Positions 48,256 through 58,333 of a stretch of 64,000 bases of DNA are shown here, in pieces (position 1 is the first letter of the stretch; each line of letters starts with the position of its first letter). Below the pieces are notes generated by a model. It ran no database searches. It was not told the origin of the DNA and saw only the letters and a program-made list of their open reading frames with translations. The stretch is from Candidatus Latescibacterota bacterium (GTDB lineage Bacteria > Latescibacterota > UBA2968), in contig OZ220741.1 of the NCBI GenBank assembly GCA_965116885.1, positions 1,920,001-1,984,000 of the forward strand. The letters run 5' to 3'. The translations under genes were made by a program, and so were the position numbers.

Positions 48256-49665
48256 CTATTTTGGCGTAATTTTCAATACGAGTGCGTGGTCGCACGGCTT
48301 TTCTGCGGGGAGTTGGACTTTTAATCCGCGCATTGTTTGCGACCATTTTAACGATCCTGCTCCCAGTAGTTCGACTTTGTCGATTGGTTTGGTCAGCAGA
48401 CGCAGGGAAGAGCCGAGGGATTGGATCGTTACTTCATTTTTTTCGGGTATTGCCAATACGGTTGCGTAGAGGATATCCCCTCGCGTGGTGAAGCGGATGT
48501 CGCGTTCGGTAAACATCTGTCGTTTTGTGTCGGTGAATGAACCTGTTGTGACTTCTGTGGGACCTTCGCCAAATACTTTCCAGGGGCGCGAGTCGTAGAT
48601 CGCTTCGCCGTTTACGGTGAGCCATTTGCCGATTGCGAGCAAGAGGGCCTCTTCTTCTTCGGGGATTGTGCCATCGGCACGGGGGCCTACGTTGAGCAGG
48701 AGTGCGCCGTTTTTGCTTACGATATCTACCAGGTCGCCGATGAGTTGCGAAGCGCTTTTGTATCCCCGTTCTTCTTCGATATATCCCCAGGATTTTTTCG
48801 CCACACAGGTGTCGGTTTGCCAGAAGTGGGGATTGATGTCGTCTAATTGCCCGCGCTCTATGTCGTAAACCGCGGCTTCTGGGGGAAAGGTCCCGTGTTT
48901 GTAATTGATCGCTACGCCGCGATCCCATTCGGCGCCGCGGTTGTAATAATAGGCTGCAAAACGCTGTACGTAAGATGTGAAAGCAGGTTCTTGTATCCAC
49001 CAGTCAAACCACACGATTTGCGGGTGGTATTTATCGACGAGTTCACAGGTGCGCGCGAGCCAGTCGTCTAAGAATTCTTCGTTGGGCTGGCTGTCCCTCG
49101 GTTGCGCGGGTCCGTATAAGCCCGCGTATTGTCCGTCCTGTACGTCGGAGTCAAATTGCATCCCGCCATCCATGAACCACCAGTGTTCTGCGCGGTGGGT
49201 CGATAATCCGAATACCAGCCATTGTTTGCGTACGGCTTCGGCGAGTTCGCCAATGAGATCGCGTTTAGGCCCCATTTTGCTCGCGCACCAGTCCGATAGG
49301 GCGGTGTCGTACATGGCAAATCCATCGTGATGCTCGGCTACGGGGACGACAAAGCGGGCACCGGCTTTGCGGAATAGGTCTGCCCAGTGGTCGGGGTCGT
49401 ATTTTTCCGCTTTGAACATGGGGATGAAGTCTTTGTATCCAAATTTGCTGTGTTCGCCATAGGTCGCTTTGTGATGCGCGAATTCTCTGGTGCCTTGTTG
49501 ATACATGTTGCGGGGGTACCATTCGCTGCCATAAGCGGGTACCGCATACACGCCCCAGTGGATGAAGATGCCGAATTTGTCGTTCTGATACCAGTCGGGG
49601 ACGCGATAATTTGAGAGTGAGTCCCAGTTCGGTTCAAAAGGGCCTTCGGGTAGTTGTATTGCCAT
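48256..49665 (-). CDS. Alpha-L-fucosidase (GH29)
   Basis: KFGIFIHWG, EHHDGF, WFDW, DIVSKNGALLLNVGP. Confidence 0.95.
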   Translation of the reverse strand: MAIQLPEGPFEPNWDSLSNYRVPDWYQNDKFGIFIHWGVYAVPAYGSEWYPRNMYQQGTREFAHHKATYGEHSKFGYKDFIPMFKAEKYDPDHWADLFRKAGARFVVPVAEHHDGFAMYDTALSDWCASKMGPKRDLIGELAEAVRKQWLVFGLSTHRAEHWWFMDGGMQFDSDVQDGQYAGLYGPAQPRDSQPNEEFLDDWLARTCELVDKYHPQIVWFDWWIQEPAFTSYVQRFAAYYYNRGAEWDRGVAINYKHGTFPPEAAVYDIERGQLDDINPHFWQTDTCVAKKSWGYIEEERGYKSASQLIGDLVDIVSKNGALLLNVGPRADGTIPEEEEALLLAIGKWLTVNGEAIYDSRPWKVFGEGPTEVTTGSFTDTKRQMFTERDIRFTTRGDILYATVLAIPEKNEVTIQSLGSSLRLLTKPIDKVELLGAGSLKWSQTMRGLKVQLPAEKPCDHALVLKITPK

Positions 49666-49688
49666 GGTTTCTCCTGTGGATGATTGGT

Positions 49689-49784
49689 GGGACGGCACAG
49701 GGGCCGTCCCCTACGGCGAATGGTTGTTCACGCATCGTCGGTCATTTTTACGTGTGTTGTAGGGGCGACCCCCCGTGGTCGCCC
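49689..49784. repeat. Pair of GTAG-type REP-like palindromes
   Basis: Same two units as 45217-45273 with a longer spacer. Confidence 0.85.
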
Positions 49785-49789
49785 GCCTT

Positions 49790-50929
49790 TTAAAATTCTA
49801 CATAAGGCTCTGATTCTATGGGTGTAAATGGTTTGGGCGGATATTTTGCCAGGACATCTGCTCTCAAATCCACGCCCCAGCCAGGTCCTTCGGGTGGGAC
49901 ACAATGGCCGTCGATTACTTCGATGGGTTGTGTGAGGACTTCGTTGTAGAGGCCGATGGAGGATAGGAATATTTCCTGCATCAGGCTGTTGTGGATGCAG
50001 AGGTCCAGATGCAGGCTGGCGATGGTGGAGATCGGTCCGTTGGAGTTGTGCGGGGCTACGGTTACGTAATATGTTTCGGCCATTGCCGCAATTTTTTTGA
50101 GTTCGGTGATGCCGCCCGCGTGGCAGATGTCCGGCTGGATGATGCCCACGGCGTTCAGTTCTAATAGTGAGCGGAATCCCCATCGGGTGTACAGTTGTTC
50201 TCCCGTTGCAATGGGTACGCGCACTTCATGGGCAAATTGCGCGAGGGCTTCGGGGTTGTCCCACAAGATGGGTTCTTCCATCCAGGCGATGTTGTATGGT
50301 TCGAGTGCTTGTGCGACCCGGCGCGCACTCCAGATGTTTAACCGCGCGCGTATGTCAATGCCGATTTCGACTTGCGGTCCGGCGGCTTCTCGCGCGGCTT
50401 CTACGAGCGCGACACCGTGTTCTATGCGGTCGATTTTTGCGACTTGTTCGCCGCCAAAGGGATAGAATTTTAAGGCTGTATAGCCCTGATCTACGACCTG
50501 TTTTACGCCTTCGAAGATGCCTTCGGGGGTGTTTCCTTTTCTGGGCCAGCCGTTGGCGTACATGCGTATTTTGTCGTGGGATTTTCCGCCGAGCAATTCA
50601 TATACGGGTACGCCGAGTGCTTTGCCTTTGATGTCCCATAGGGCGAGGTCAATGGCGCTGATGGCACTGGTGGTTACGGGTCCGCCAGACCAGGTGACGC
50701 GCCGATATAGGGATGTCCATAGCCGTTCGATTTCAAAGGGGTTTTTACCGATCAGGAATCGCTTGAATGCCCCAAATTCCGCTATTAGTCCTTCGTCTTT
50801 GTATTGCAGACTGGCTTCGCCCAATCCGTATATGCCGGCGTCGGTTTCGATTTTTACAAATGTCCAGTTTGTCCCCTCACCCTTTCCCGGTGTGCCCATA
50901 CGCATGACGTGTAGATCGGTGATTTTCAT
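49790..50929 (-). CDS. Mandelate racemase/enolase-superfamily sugar acid dehydratase (galactonate dehydratase-like)
   Basis: DLALWDIKGK, EEP, ATGE, QPD...GGITE, PHN. Confidence 0.9.
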   Translation of the reverse strand: MKITDLHVMRMGTPGKGEGTNWTFVKIETDAGIYGLGEASLQYKDEGLIAEFGAFKRFLIGKNPFEIERLWTSLYRRVTWSGGPVTTSAISAIDLALWDIKGKALGVPVYELLGGKSHDKIRMYANGWPRKGNTPEGIFEGVKQVVDQGYTALKFYPFGGEQVAKIDRIEHGVALVEAAREAAGPQVEIGIDIRARLNIWSARRVAQALEPYNIAWMEEPILWDNPEALAQFAHEVRVPIATGEQLYTRWGFRSLLELNAVGIIQPDICHAGGITELKKIAAMAETYYVTVAPHNSNGPISTIASLHLDLCIHNSLMQEIFLSSIGLYNEVLTQPIEVIDGHCVPPEGPGWGVDLRADVLAKYPPKPFTPIESEPYVEF

Positions 50930-50939
50930 TTGTGCTCCT

Positions 50940-52205
50940 TTATTCTTTTATGACGACAGCTATTTCCTCTGGTTTGTCCAGTTGCGGGATCCACTCATAA
51001 GGCACGCGATAAGCGCGATAGCACGTTTCGTGAGGGCTGATAAATTCCCATACAATTTCGAGTTCGGGAGTGACTTCAAAAAGCCGACCTCCTGCCCCTT
51101 CGCAAATCAGTGTATTGCCATTGGGCAGGCGCTGTGCAGAACTCCACGGTCGGCTATAAAAACGGCAGGCTCGGATCCGGTCGCCATCCGCCTTGAGCGC
51201 GGAATACTCCCACACGAGTTCCAGTGTTATTGGATCGAATTCTACCACACGAGAATAATCTCGTACCGCGTTCATCCTTCCGTTGGGCGCACCCGGATTC
51301 GGTGCACCATATCCAGCAGCACCGCCATTGTCGAATACCAGGATATTTCCTTCACCGGACAAGCCTTTTGGTATCATGTGTGCGTGATGCAGCCCAATGA
51401 TCCAGCCCAATGCCCGCAGTTCGGATGTCAGTGAATAATCCGGCCCGACCTTCCACGCGATTTTACCCGTCTCTTTGCTGATTACTGCGATTGTGTTGGT
51501 GTGTCGTCCATCCCAAATAAAATTATCTGGATGAAATCGCTCGTCGCCAGCATCATACCATTTGTTTGGTCCCAAATAGGATACACTGTTGGAGTGTACC
51601 CAGTCATAGGGATCTGCTCCGACGCGCCCTCCCCGGTAAATCGCATTTTTTGCTTCTTCGCTGAAATCCATTTCATCAAAGTGATCCACGCTTTGCCATT
51701 CCCACACGGTGTCGCCGTCCCAGTTTACTTCCAGAATACAATCGCCATGTAGCACTCCGGGTGCGATATGTGGTCTTTCCACTTCTTTTGCTGCGAGCAC
51801 TATTGTATTTCCGCCTTCTATAATGGGATCTAAACCCGGCGCATAATACCCGGTTGGGCTGCCTTCGCGTTCAAAATCGTGGTGTTGCTTGGCGGACCAG
51901 ATTTTTTGATTATCAATTTCGATTTGCTCAGTTTTATTGTAGTGCCAGACTTCATTTCCATCCCAATCTATCTGAACGAGTTCGCGCCCTCGTTCCATGC
52001 GGGGGCCGTTGTATCGCCGGTCACCGAGTATATACCCCCCAGGCATTATTTTGCCCAGTTGTGACAGATCAAAATGCTTTACGAGATTGCCGTTCATGTC
52101 AATTATCTCACCGCCAGCATAGACGGTATAACCATTCCAGCTACGGTCGGGGTCGTACACAGATATACCAACCGGTCGGGGAACACCCGTTACGCGTGAT
52201 GCCAT
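50940..52205 (-). CDS. Arylsulfotransferase (ASST)-like protein
   Basis: QHHD, DWVHSN, HHAH, VFDNG, SRVVE, SSAQRLPNGNTLI. Confidence 0.88.
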   Translation of the reverse strand: MASRVTGVPRPVGISVYDPDRSWNGYTVYAGGEIIDMNGNLVKHFDLSQLGKIMPGGYILGDRRYNGPRMERGRELVQIDWDGNEVWHYNKTEQIEIDNQKIWSAKQHHDFEREGSPTGYYAPGLDPIIEGGNTIVLAAKEVERPHIAPGVLHGDCILEVNWDGDTVWEWQSVDHFDEMDFSEEAKNAIYRGGRVGADPYDWVHSNSVSYLGPNKWYDAGDERFHPDNFIWDGRHTNTIAVISKETGKIAWKVGPDYSLTSELRALGWIIGLHHAHMIPKGLSGEGNILVFDNGGAAGYGAPNPGAPNGRMNAVRDYSRVVEFDPITLELVWEYSALKADGDRIRACRFYSRPWSSAQRLPNGNTLICEGAGGRLFEVTPELEIVWEFISPHETCYRAYRVPYEWIPQLDKPEEIAVVIKE

Positions 52206-52233
52206 TGATAGACTCCTCAAGTAGATTTTGGGA

Positions 52234-53976
52234 CTAAGCGGGGCTGATTCTCTTTACATAAACATAGTAGGCACCGGGGGGCGCGTCAATGCCATCGTCA
52301 AAATAGGTTTGTACACGGGTTGAGCCTTTTTTGAGTGATAGATGAAAGGTGATGTATTTGTCTTTTTCGCTGACTGCTTTTTGTTGGACGATGTCGCCTA
52401 CTTGTAATTTTGCCGTTTTGATGGCGAGTGCTTCTCCCGGTAATAGGTCATCTACATAAGGTACACCGGTTCTGCCGGGTAGTGCGGCGCAGATTGGTGT
52501 GTCGATTTCAATGGGCCAGCGGCGAAGTTCGAATTCGTATTCTCCGTCTTGTTCAATGTCGATGGCCCAGTATCCGTTGTCTCGCTCTCTTTGGCGCACA
52601 TGCCGCTGGCTGTAGATTCCTTCTTTTCCATGCCAGCTGTGCGCGGTGAGTGTTGTGGGGTTTTCGCGATTTGATCCGATTGTGATTTCGCTGTATTCGC
52701 CAAATCGCCGGGAGATGTCTGTCCACCAATTTTCATAATCTTCGCGCAGTGTTTGTACGATGTCGGGATGGTGTTCTGCTATGTCGCGCTTTTGCTCGGG
52801 GTCGCGTTTGTGGTCGTATAGTTCGTATTGTGGGTTGCGCCATGTTCCCGTGTGTACGAGCCGCCAGCGATCGGTCATGGCGGCGAAGTCTTTGTATTTT
52901 TTGGGGTGGTCAATTTGCTGCTGGTGTACGAATAGGGTGCGCGCGGGCCAGTTGCTATAGGCGTTGTTCAATAGGGGTGTGAGGCTGGTGCCGTCGAATT
53001 TTGCGTTTGGTGGCGTTAGTTCGCAGAGGTCGATCAGTGTGGGCATTATGTCGATGTGTGCGGTTAGATGATTGATATCGCGACCGTCTGTCAGTTTTCC
53101 GACGGGCCAGTGTATGAAACACGCGTTGCGATGGCCGCCGTCATAGACCCATGTTTTTTTGCCGCGCATGCCCGCGTTATATCCATCTGTTGGATATCCT
53201 TCCGCGGTTATTCCCGTTCCCATGGATGTGCCGTTGTCTCCCATGAAGATCAGTATGGTGTTTTCTGTTAGATCATTGTCTGAGAGCCACTGGCGGAGGT
53301 GCCCGATGTTTTCGTCGATGTTTGCGATCATGCCGTAAAATCGCGCGCGCTGTTTCGGTATGCCCTGTTGCAAATAAGGTGCGCTGTATTTTTCGTGTAC
53401 GTTGAATGGGCCATGGGGGGCGTTGGTGGAGATGTAGCAGAAAAATGGGGTTTCATCCGCTTCTATAAATTGCATAGCTTCGTTGAACCATACGTCTGTG
53501 CAATAACAGGAGTGTAGTTCAGGTGCGCCGTTTCGGAGGTATGTTGCGGTGAAGTTGTCGTTGTCCCAGTAGTCGGGGATTTCTCCAACTACGCCGCCGC
53601 CAAAGCTCAGGGATTCTCGAAATCCCCGGTCAAAAGGGCGATAGGGATAGTTGTCGCCCAGATGCCATTTGCCAAAGATGCCGGTTCGATAGCCCGAGTC
53701 CGCAAATACGTCGGCGATGGTGATTTCGTCCCGGCGCATGATATACCGGCCCCGCAGGGTGCTCCATACGCCGGTGCGCGCGGCATATCGCCCGGTCATG
53801 AGCGCGGCTCTTGTGGGCGAGCACATGGCATCTACGTGATAGTCGGTTAAGCGTACGCTCTGGTCGTATAACTTGTCCAGATGTGGCGTTTGCAATACGG
53901 GATTGCCCGTGCAACTCAAGTCCCCATATCCCTGATCGTCGGTTAAGATCAGGATTACATTGGGGCGTTCTGTCAT
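52234..53976 (-). CDS. Arylsulfatase (formylglycine-dependent)
   Basis: TDDQG, CSPTRAALMTG, GKWHLG. Confidence 0.95.
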   Translation of the reverse strand: MTERPNVILILTDDQGYGDLSCTGNPVLQTPHLDKLYDQSVRLTDYHVDAMCSPTRAALMTGRYAARTGVWSTLRGRYIMRRDEITIADVFADSGYRTGIFGKWHLGDNYPYRPFDRGFRESLSFGGGVVGEIPDYWDNDNFTATYLRNGAPELHSCYCTDVWFNEAMQFIEADETPFFCYISTNAPHGPFNVHEKYSAPYLQQGIPKQRARFYGMIANIDENIGHLRQWLSDNDLTENTILIFMGDNGTSMGTGITAEGYPTDGYNAGMRGKKTWVYDGGHRNACFIHWPVGKLTDGRDINHLTAHIDIMPTLIDLCELTPPNAKFDGTSLTPLLNNAYSNWPARTLFVHQQQIDHPKKYKDFAAMTDRWRLVHTGTWRNPQYELYDHKRDPEQKRDIAEHHPDIVQTLREDYENWWTDISRRFGEYSEITIGSNRENPTTLTAHSWHGKEGIYSQRHVRQRERDNGYWAIDIEQDGEYEFELRRWPIEIDTPICAALPGRTGVPYVDDLLPGEALAIKTAKLQVGDIVQQKAVSEKDKYITFHLSLKKGSTRVQTYFDDGIDAPPGAYYVYVKRISPA

Positions 53977-54935
53977 GCGCGATGCTCCTTGTATGGACTG
54001 AGGTCCATTTCTGGATAGGCGTTTTTGATGAGGTCAAGTGTTTCTGGCGTGTAGAAGTCGTCGCCGGGATTGGGCCAGCCAAAGAGGCTGCGGACTCTTG
54101 CGGTGGTTTTTGTCAGGAAGGGACGCAGGCGTCTGCGTTCTTGTATGTCTCGTTTTTCCGTGAGTGTCCAGGTGCTGGTGTCTCTGCGGCCCACGGCGTA
54201 GAAGAGGACGGCGCGTTGTTTTCTGGGGTTGGCGAATGCCTGGGCTGAGTGGGGCGTGTGCGAGCTGTAAAAGAGTACGGTTCCGGTTTTTCCTTCGGCG
54301 GTGACGGGTTCGAATTTGTAAGGGAGTTTGCGGATGTCGTCAAAGCGATACGATGCGTGTTCTGTGCCGAGTAGGTCGCGGATGAGTTTGTTCATTTTGC
54401 TGTGTGCGCCGGGCAATACGCGGACCGGGGCGCAGTCTGCGTCGTTGTCGGTCAGATAAACCCAGGCCTGGATGTGGCCGTAGCGTTGCCATTCCGGGTG
54501 CGGGGGGAGCAGGGGTTTTGCCCAGTCGATGTGGAAGCCCTGCCAGGGTTGTTTAGGGGTTCCCCGGTCCAGGCGGCCGCTGCGGGCATAGACAAAGCCG
54601 TGGTGGTAGTGCATGTCGGGTGTGTCTAAGAGTTGGGATAGGGCGTCTAAAAAGGGTTCGTGTTCAAGGGTGCGGTCAATGGCGTCGATACCCGTTGGGA
54701 TGTCGTGAAATTGCGCGCGGGGTCCGCCAAAGCTGCGGCGGCCTTTTGGTCTGATGAGTGTTTCTGCGATTTCGGGATGGGCATCTATTTCGGCGTTGAA
54801 TTCTTCGTGAGATTTGCCGTAGGCATTTTGTTCTGCGACTTCGAGCGCGGGTGCCAGTTGCGCTTTTGAGAAGAGGTCGGGGACTAAGAGATAGCCGTTG
54901 CGCTGGTATGATTCACATTGTTCAGGGGTCAACAT
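53973..54935 (-). CDS. PhyH-family dioxygenase
   Basis: YQRNGYL, FHID, LPGAH, HSA...R. Confidence 0.85.
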   Translation of the reverse strand: MLTPEQCESYQRNGYLLVPDLFSKAQLAPALEVAEQNAYGKSHEEFNAEIDAHPEIAETLIRPKGRRSFGGPRAQFHDIPTGIDAIDRTLEHEPFLDALSQLLDTPDMHYHHGFVYARSGRLDRGTPKQPWQGFHIDWAKPLLPPHPEWQRYGHIQAWVYLTDNDADCAPVRVLPGAHSKMNKLIRDLLGTEHASYRFDDIRKLPYKFEPVTAEGKTGTVLFYSSHTPHSAQAFANPRKQRAVLFYAVGRRDTSTWTLTEKRDIQERRRLRPFLTKTTARVRSLFGWPNPGDDFYTPETLDLIKNAYPEMDLSPYKEHRA

Positions 54936-54947
54936 TTTGAGCCTCCT

Positions 54948-55748
54948 TTATCCGGCGATTACGGGATGCAGGGGGTGGTCCCAGGGTTTGCCGATTTCCA
55001 TTTCGTCTTGCGCGCCCGCTGCGTCATTTTTGCCGGTAAAGAGGACGTAGTCGGGGATGTAGATGATGGCGAATGCGCGGCGGGGTTTGTCGCTGAGGTT
55101 GGGTCCCGCATAGTGGAAGTTGCATCCGTGGTGGAAGGTGACGCCGCCAGCCGGCAGTGCTATGGTTTCCGGTTCGGCGACTTTGTGTCCGCGTTCTTTC
55201 ATTTTTTGGACGATGCTTTCGCCCTGAGTGGTCAGGCTTATGCCTTCTTGTTTGCCAAATTTGTGGCTTCCGGGGACGAAGTGCATGCAGCCGTTTTCGA
55301 TATAGACATCATCGATTGCGATCCAGGCGGAGAGTGCGCCCGGGCGGTCCATGCCAGACCAGTACGGGAAGTCCTGGTGCCAGTTGGTTTCCCGGCTTTT
55401 GACGCCGGGTGGTTTTATGAGTGCGTGGTCGTGATAGATGCGGATTTGTTTGGCTTGTGATAGCCGGCGGGCGGTTTCTGCGAGGCGTTTGTTCAGGGCG
55501 ATTTTTCGCGCGCCTGCATAGTCGGTCCAGAGGTTGACCATTTGATTAAATACGAGTTCGTATTCGGGTCTGCCTCGTCCCGCGTTTTCTGCGCCTTTGA
55601 TTCTGGCGCGGTTGATTTCTACGGCGTGTTCGAGCGCTTCTGCCAGTTCCCGGAGGTCTTCGGGGGTGAAGAAGTTGGGATAGCTGATGAACCCCTTTTT
55701 TTCATATTGCGCGATGTCTTCAGGGGTTGTGGGGCAGTCTGTGGTCAT
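54948..55748 (-). CDS. PhyH-family dioxygenase
   Basis: WHQD, WIAIDD, NGCMHFVPGSH, HYAGPN...RR. Confidence 0.92.
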   Translation of the reverse strand: MTTDCPTTPEDIAQYEKKGFISYPNFFTPEDLRELAEALEHAVEINRARIKGAENAGRGRPEYELVFNQMVNLWTDYAGARKIALNKRLAETARRLSQAKQIRIYHDHALIKPPGVKSRETNWHQDFPYWSGMDRPGALSAWIAIDDVYIENGCMHFVPGSHKFGKQEGISLTTQGESIVQKMKERGHKVAEPETIALPAGGVTFHHGCNFHYAGPNLSDKPRRAFAIIYIPDYVLFTGKNDAAGAQDEMEIGKPWDHPLHPVIAG

Positions 55749-55794
55749 TGCTGTTCCTCCAGCCAATTAAGAATTTGAAATCATGGTAATCAGC

Positions 55795-55886
55795 GGGCGA
55801 CCACAGGGGGTCGCAGGACAACCACAGGGGGTTGTCCCTACAACAAACCACAATATCATCGTAGGGGACGGCCCCTGTGCCGTCCC
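55795..55886. repeat. Cluster of GTAG-type REP-like palindromes
   Basis: GGGCGACCACAGGGGGTCGC, GGACAACCACAGGGGGTTGTCCCTAC, GTAGGGGACGGCCCCTGTGCCGTCCC. Confidence 0.85.
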
Positions 55887-55907
55887 GCTGAAATGGCGTA
55901 ATTTGCA

Positions 55908-56927
55908 CTATTTTATTTCCGCTATTTCTACCATTTGTCCGCCGCGTTGTGCTGATAAATAGGCCGCATCGACGATTTGCATGGTGTGTAAATTCCCTCG
56001 TCCGCTGTGCATGGGTTCTGTGCCGCGTCGCGCCGAGTCCATCAGGTGGTTCATGCTTTCACCCATTGCGTGCGTGAATGCTCCTTCGCGATGGAATTCG
56101 CGTGTTTCCTTTTTTCCGTTCAGGGGATGGATGTGCAATGTGGCTGTGTCGTCAAGTACGACTTTTTTGACGGATAGTACCGAGCCTTTTGTGGCGTCTA
56201 TGCGCAATCGACATTCCGATAGGGTTAAGCCGTGCCAGTTGGAGATCATGGTGCCGACGATGCCATTTTCAAATTGTACTGTCAGGCTGGTAAAGGTTTC
56301 GCCTTTGACATCTGGATTCCAATGGCGGGTTACGGCTGATACGCTTTGGGGCGGGCTGCCAGCCAATGTGCGGATGCGGTCGATGAGGTGGATGCTGAAG
56401 ATACTGATTTCCAGGCGTTGTTCCCGGCTTCGCCATCCGCGCACTCGCGTTCGATTTTTTAATTCGTCGTGCGATATATAACGTATGTCGCCAATATCAC
56501 CTGAGTTGACGATATCGCGCATTGCGACGACGTCTTCCATGAATCCCAGTTGGTGGTTGACCGCCAGGGTTACGCCCGCTTTTTCCGCTGCTTCGACAAA
56601 GGAGACCGCGTCGCACAATGTTTCGCCGAATGGTTTTTCGACGAGGAGATGGATTCCACTTTCAATTGCGGGGAAGATTACGTCGTGGCGCACAGCAGGG
56701 GGTGTTAACAGGCTGATGACATCGACTTCTCCGGATGCGATCATGTCTGCCGCATTTGTAAAGCGGTTGGGTATGTCGTATTGGTCGCAATATCCGTTCA
56801 GTTGCTCTTTGTCTATATCGCATCCTGCGACGACTTCTCCCAGGTCGTGCGCGACTTTCCGATATCCCGCAATGTGCCGATGTGCTATTCCACCACATCC
56901 TACAATTCCTATCCGATATCCGTTCAT
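55908..56927 (-). CDS. Gfo/Idh/MocA-family oxidoreductase
   Basis: GIVGCGGIA, VEKP. Confidence 0.92.
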   Translation of the reverse strand: MNGYRIGIVGCGGIAHRHIAGYRKVAHDLGEVVAGCDIDKEQLNGYCDQYDIPNRFTNAADMIASGEVDVISLLTPPAVRHDVIFPAIESGIHLLVEKPFGETLCDAVSFVEAAEKAGVTLAVNHQLGFMEDVVAMRDIVNSGDIGDIRYISHDELKNRTRVRGWRSREQRLEISIFSIHLIDRIRTLAGSPPQSVSAVTRHWNPDVKGETFTSLTVQFENGIVGTMISNWHGLTLSECRLRIDATKGSVLSVKKVVLDDTATLHIHPLNGKKETREFHREGAFTHAMGESMNHLMDSARRGTEPMHSGRGNLHTMQIVDAAYLSAQRGGQMVEIAEIK

Positions 56928-56937
56928 AATGAATTCC

Positions 56938-58326
56938 TCATAACTCAGGTGCGCCGTGATTCCACGCGATATAAGACCGCGGGCTCAGTTCAATTAGTTT
57001 GTCCAGTAAGCGTTTTTGCAATTTGGATTTTAACGCTGCTAAATCCTGGCGGTCCCACAGGTTTTCTTTTTCCCACGGGTCGTTTTTCAGGTCGTAGAGT
57101 TCGCCATAGGGTTTGTTCCAATAATGCCCTATTTTCCAGCGCCGGGTGCGCAAACACCGAATGCCCGATGCTTCCATGTACAATTCGTCCCGGTCGTCCA
57201 GGTCTTCCGCGTGGGACCAATAATGCGACAGGTCGCGTGATGCCATGTGTTGGGGCACTTCTGTGCCTGCAGCGGTCAGACATGTGGCTGCAATATCAAT
57301 TGCCGAGATTAGAGATGATTCTACTTTTCCGCGTACGCCGCCTTTTGGAGGCTTGATTACAAAGGGTATGCGCATGAGTACTTCCATGATGTTTTGCCCT
57401 TTCGCCATGAGCTGGAAGTCGCCCATGAAATCGCCGTGGTCGCTGGTGAAGAATATGAGGGTGTTGTCATAGGTGCCGCTATTTTTTAATGCCTGTACGA
57501 TTGCGCCGATTTTTTCGTCTATGAGTGTTACGTTTGCGTAATAAGCGTGCCGAAGTTTGCGTATTTCGTCGTTTGTAAAAGGCTGTTGGCGCTCGGGTCC
57601 GCCGCGGAGTGAATTGTGCGGGGGTTTTTGTGCCAGCATTTCAAAATTTGTCTCTGGCATGTCGATGTCTGCCGGGTCGTACAGGTCGGCATGGGGGAGA
57701 TTGCCACAGTCAATGGGTCCGTGTGGTCCTGGAAATGAGATCCAGCAAAACCAGGGGCGGTCTTCGGGCATGCCGCTTTCAATCCATTCGCGACCCCGGT
57801 CGCCCACGTAGTGATCGACGTGGTATTTTGGGTCTGCTTTCCATTCCGAATATCTTCTGATGTCGGGATTTCCCTGTATCAGTTCGCTGCGGTGCTTAAA
57901 CCCGGAGTCCCATAGCCACTGATTATAGGAGTTGCGGTCTGGATTCTGAGGTGCAGGGCTGTGGCTGTCTATAATGTCTTCGTAGTTATAACCCCGTTCA
58001 ATTTTCGATTCGCCAAAGTGCTGTTTGCCAATGACTGCCGTGTAATATCCCGCTTCCTGCAGATAACTCATGAATGTCTTTTCGTGCGCTGGCAAATAGG
58101 TGATAAAGGTGGGTGCCGCGCACTGGTGGGGATATTTGCCCGTGAATATTCCCGCGCGCGCAGGTACACAGGAAGGGTTGGGTGTATATGCTCGGGTGAA
58201 TAGGACGCCGTCATTGGCCAGGGCGTCCAGGTGCGGTGTTTTTACCGCGGGGTTTACACGTCCCAGATGGTCAAATCGCTGCTCATCGGTCATTATGAAC
58301 AGGATATTTGGTCGGTTTTCGGCCAT
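56938..58326 (-). CDS. Sulfatase-like hydrolase
   Basis: PNILFIMTDEQR, CVPAR, GKQH, SDHG. Confidence 0.93.
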   Translation of the reverse strand: MAENRPNILFIMTDEQRFDHLGRVNPAVKTPHLDALANDGVLFTRAYTPNPSCVPARAGIFTGKYPHQCAAPTFITYLPAHEKTFMSYLQEAGYYTAVIGKQHFGESKIERGYNYEDIIDSHSPAPQNPDRNSYNQWLWDSGFKHRSELIQGNPDIRRYSEWKADPKYHVDHYVGDRGREWIESGMPEDRPWFCWISFPGPHGPIDCGNLPHADLYDPADIDMPETNFEMLAQKPPHNSLRGGPERQQPFTNDEIRKLRHAYYANVTLIDEKIGAIVQALKNSGTYDNTLIFFTSDHGDFMGDFQLMAKGQNIMEVLMRIPFVIKPPKGGVRGKVESSLISAIDIAATCLTAAGTEVPQHMASRDLSHYWSHAEDLDDRDELYMEASGIRCLRTRRWKIGHYWNKPYGELYDLKNDPWEKENLWDRQDLAALKSKLQKRLLDKLIELSPRSYIAWNHGAPEL

Positions 58327-58333
58327 AATTTTC

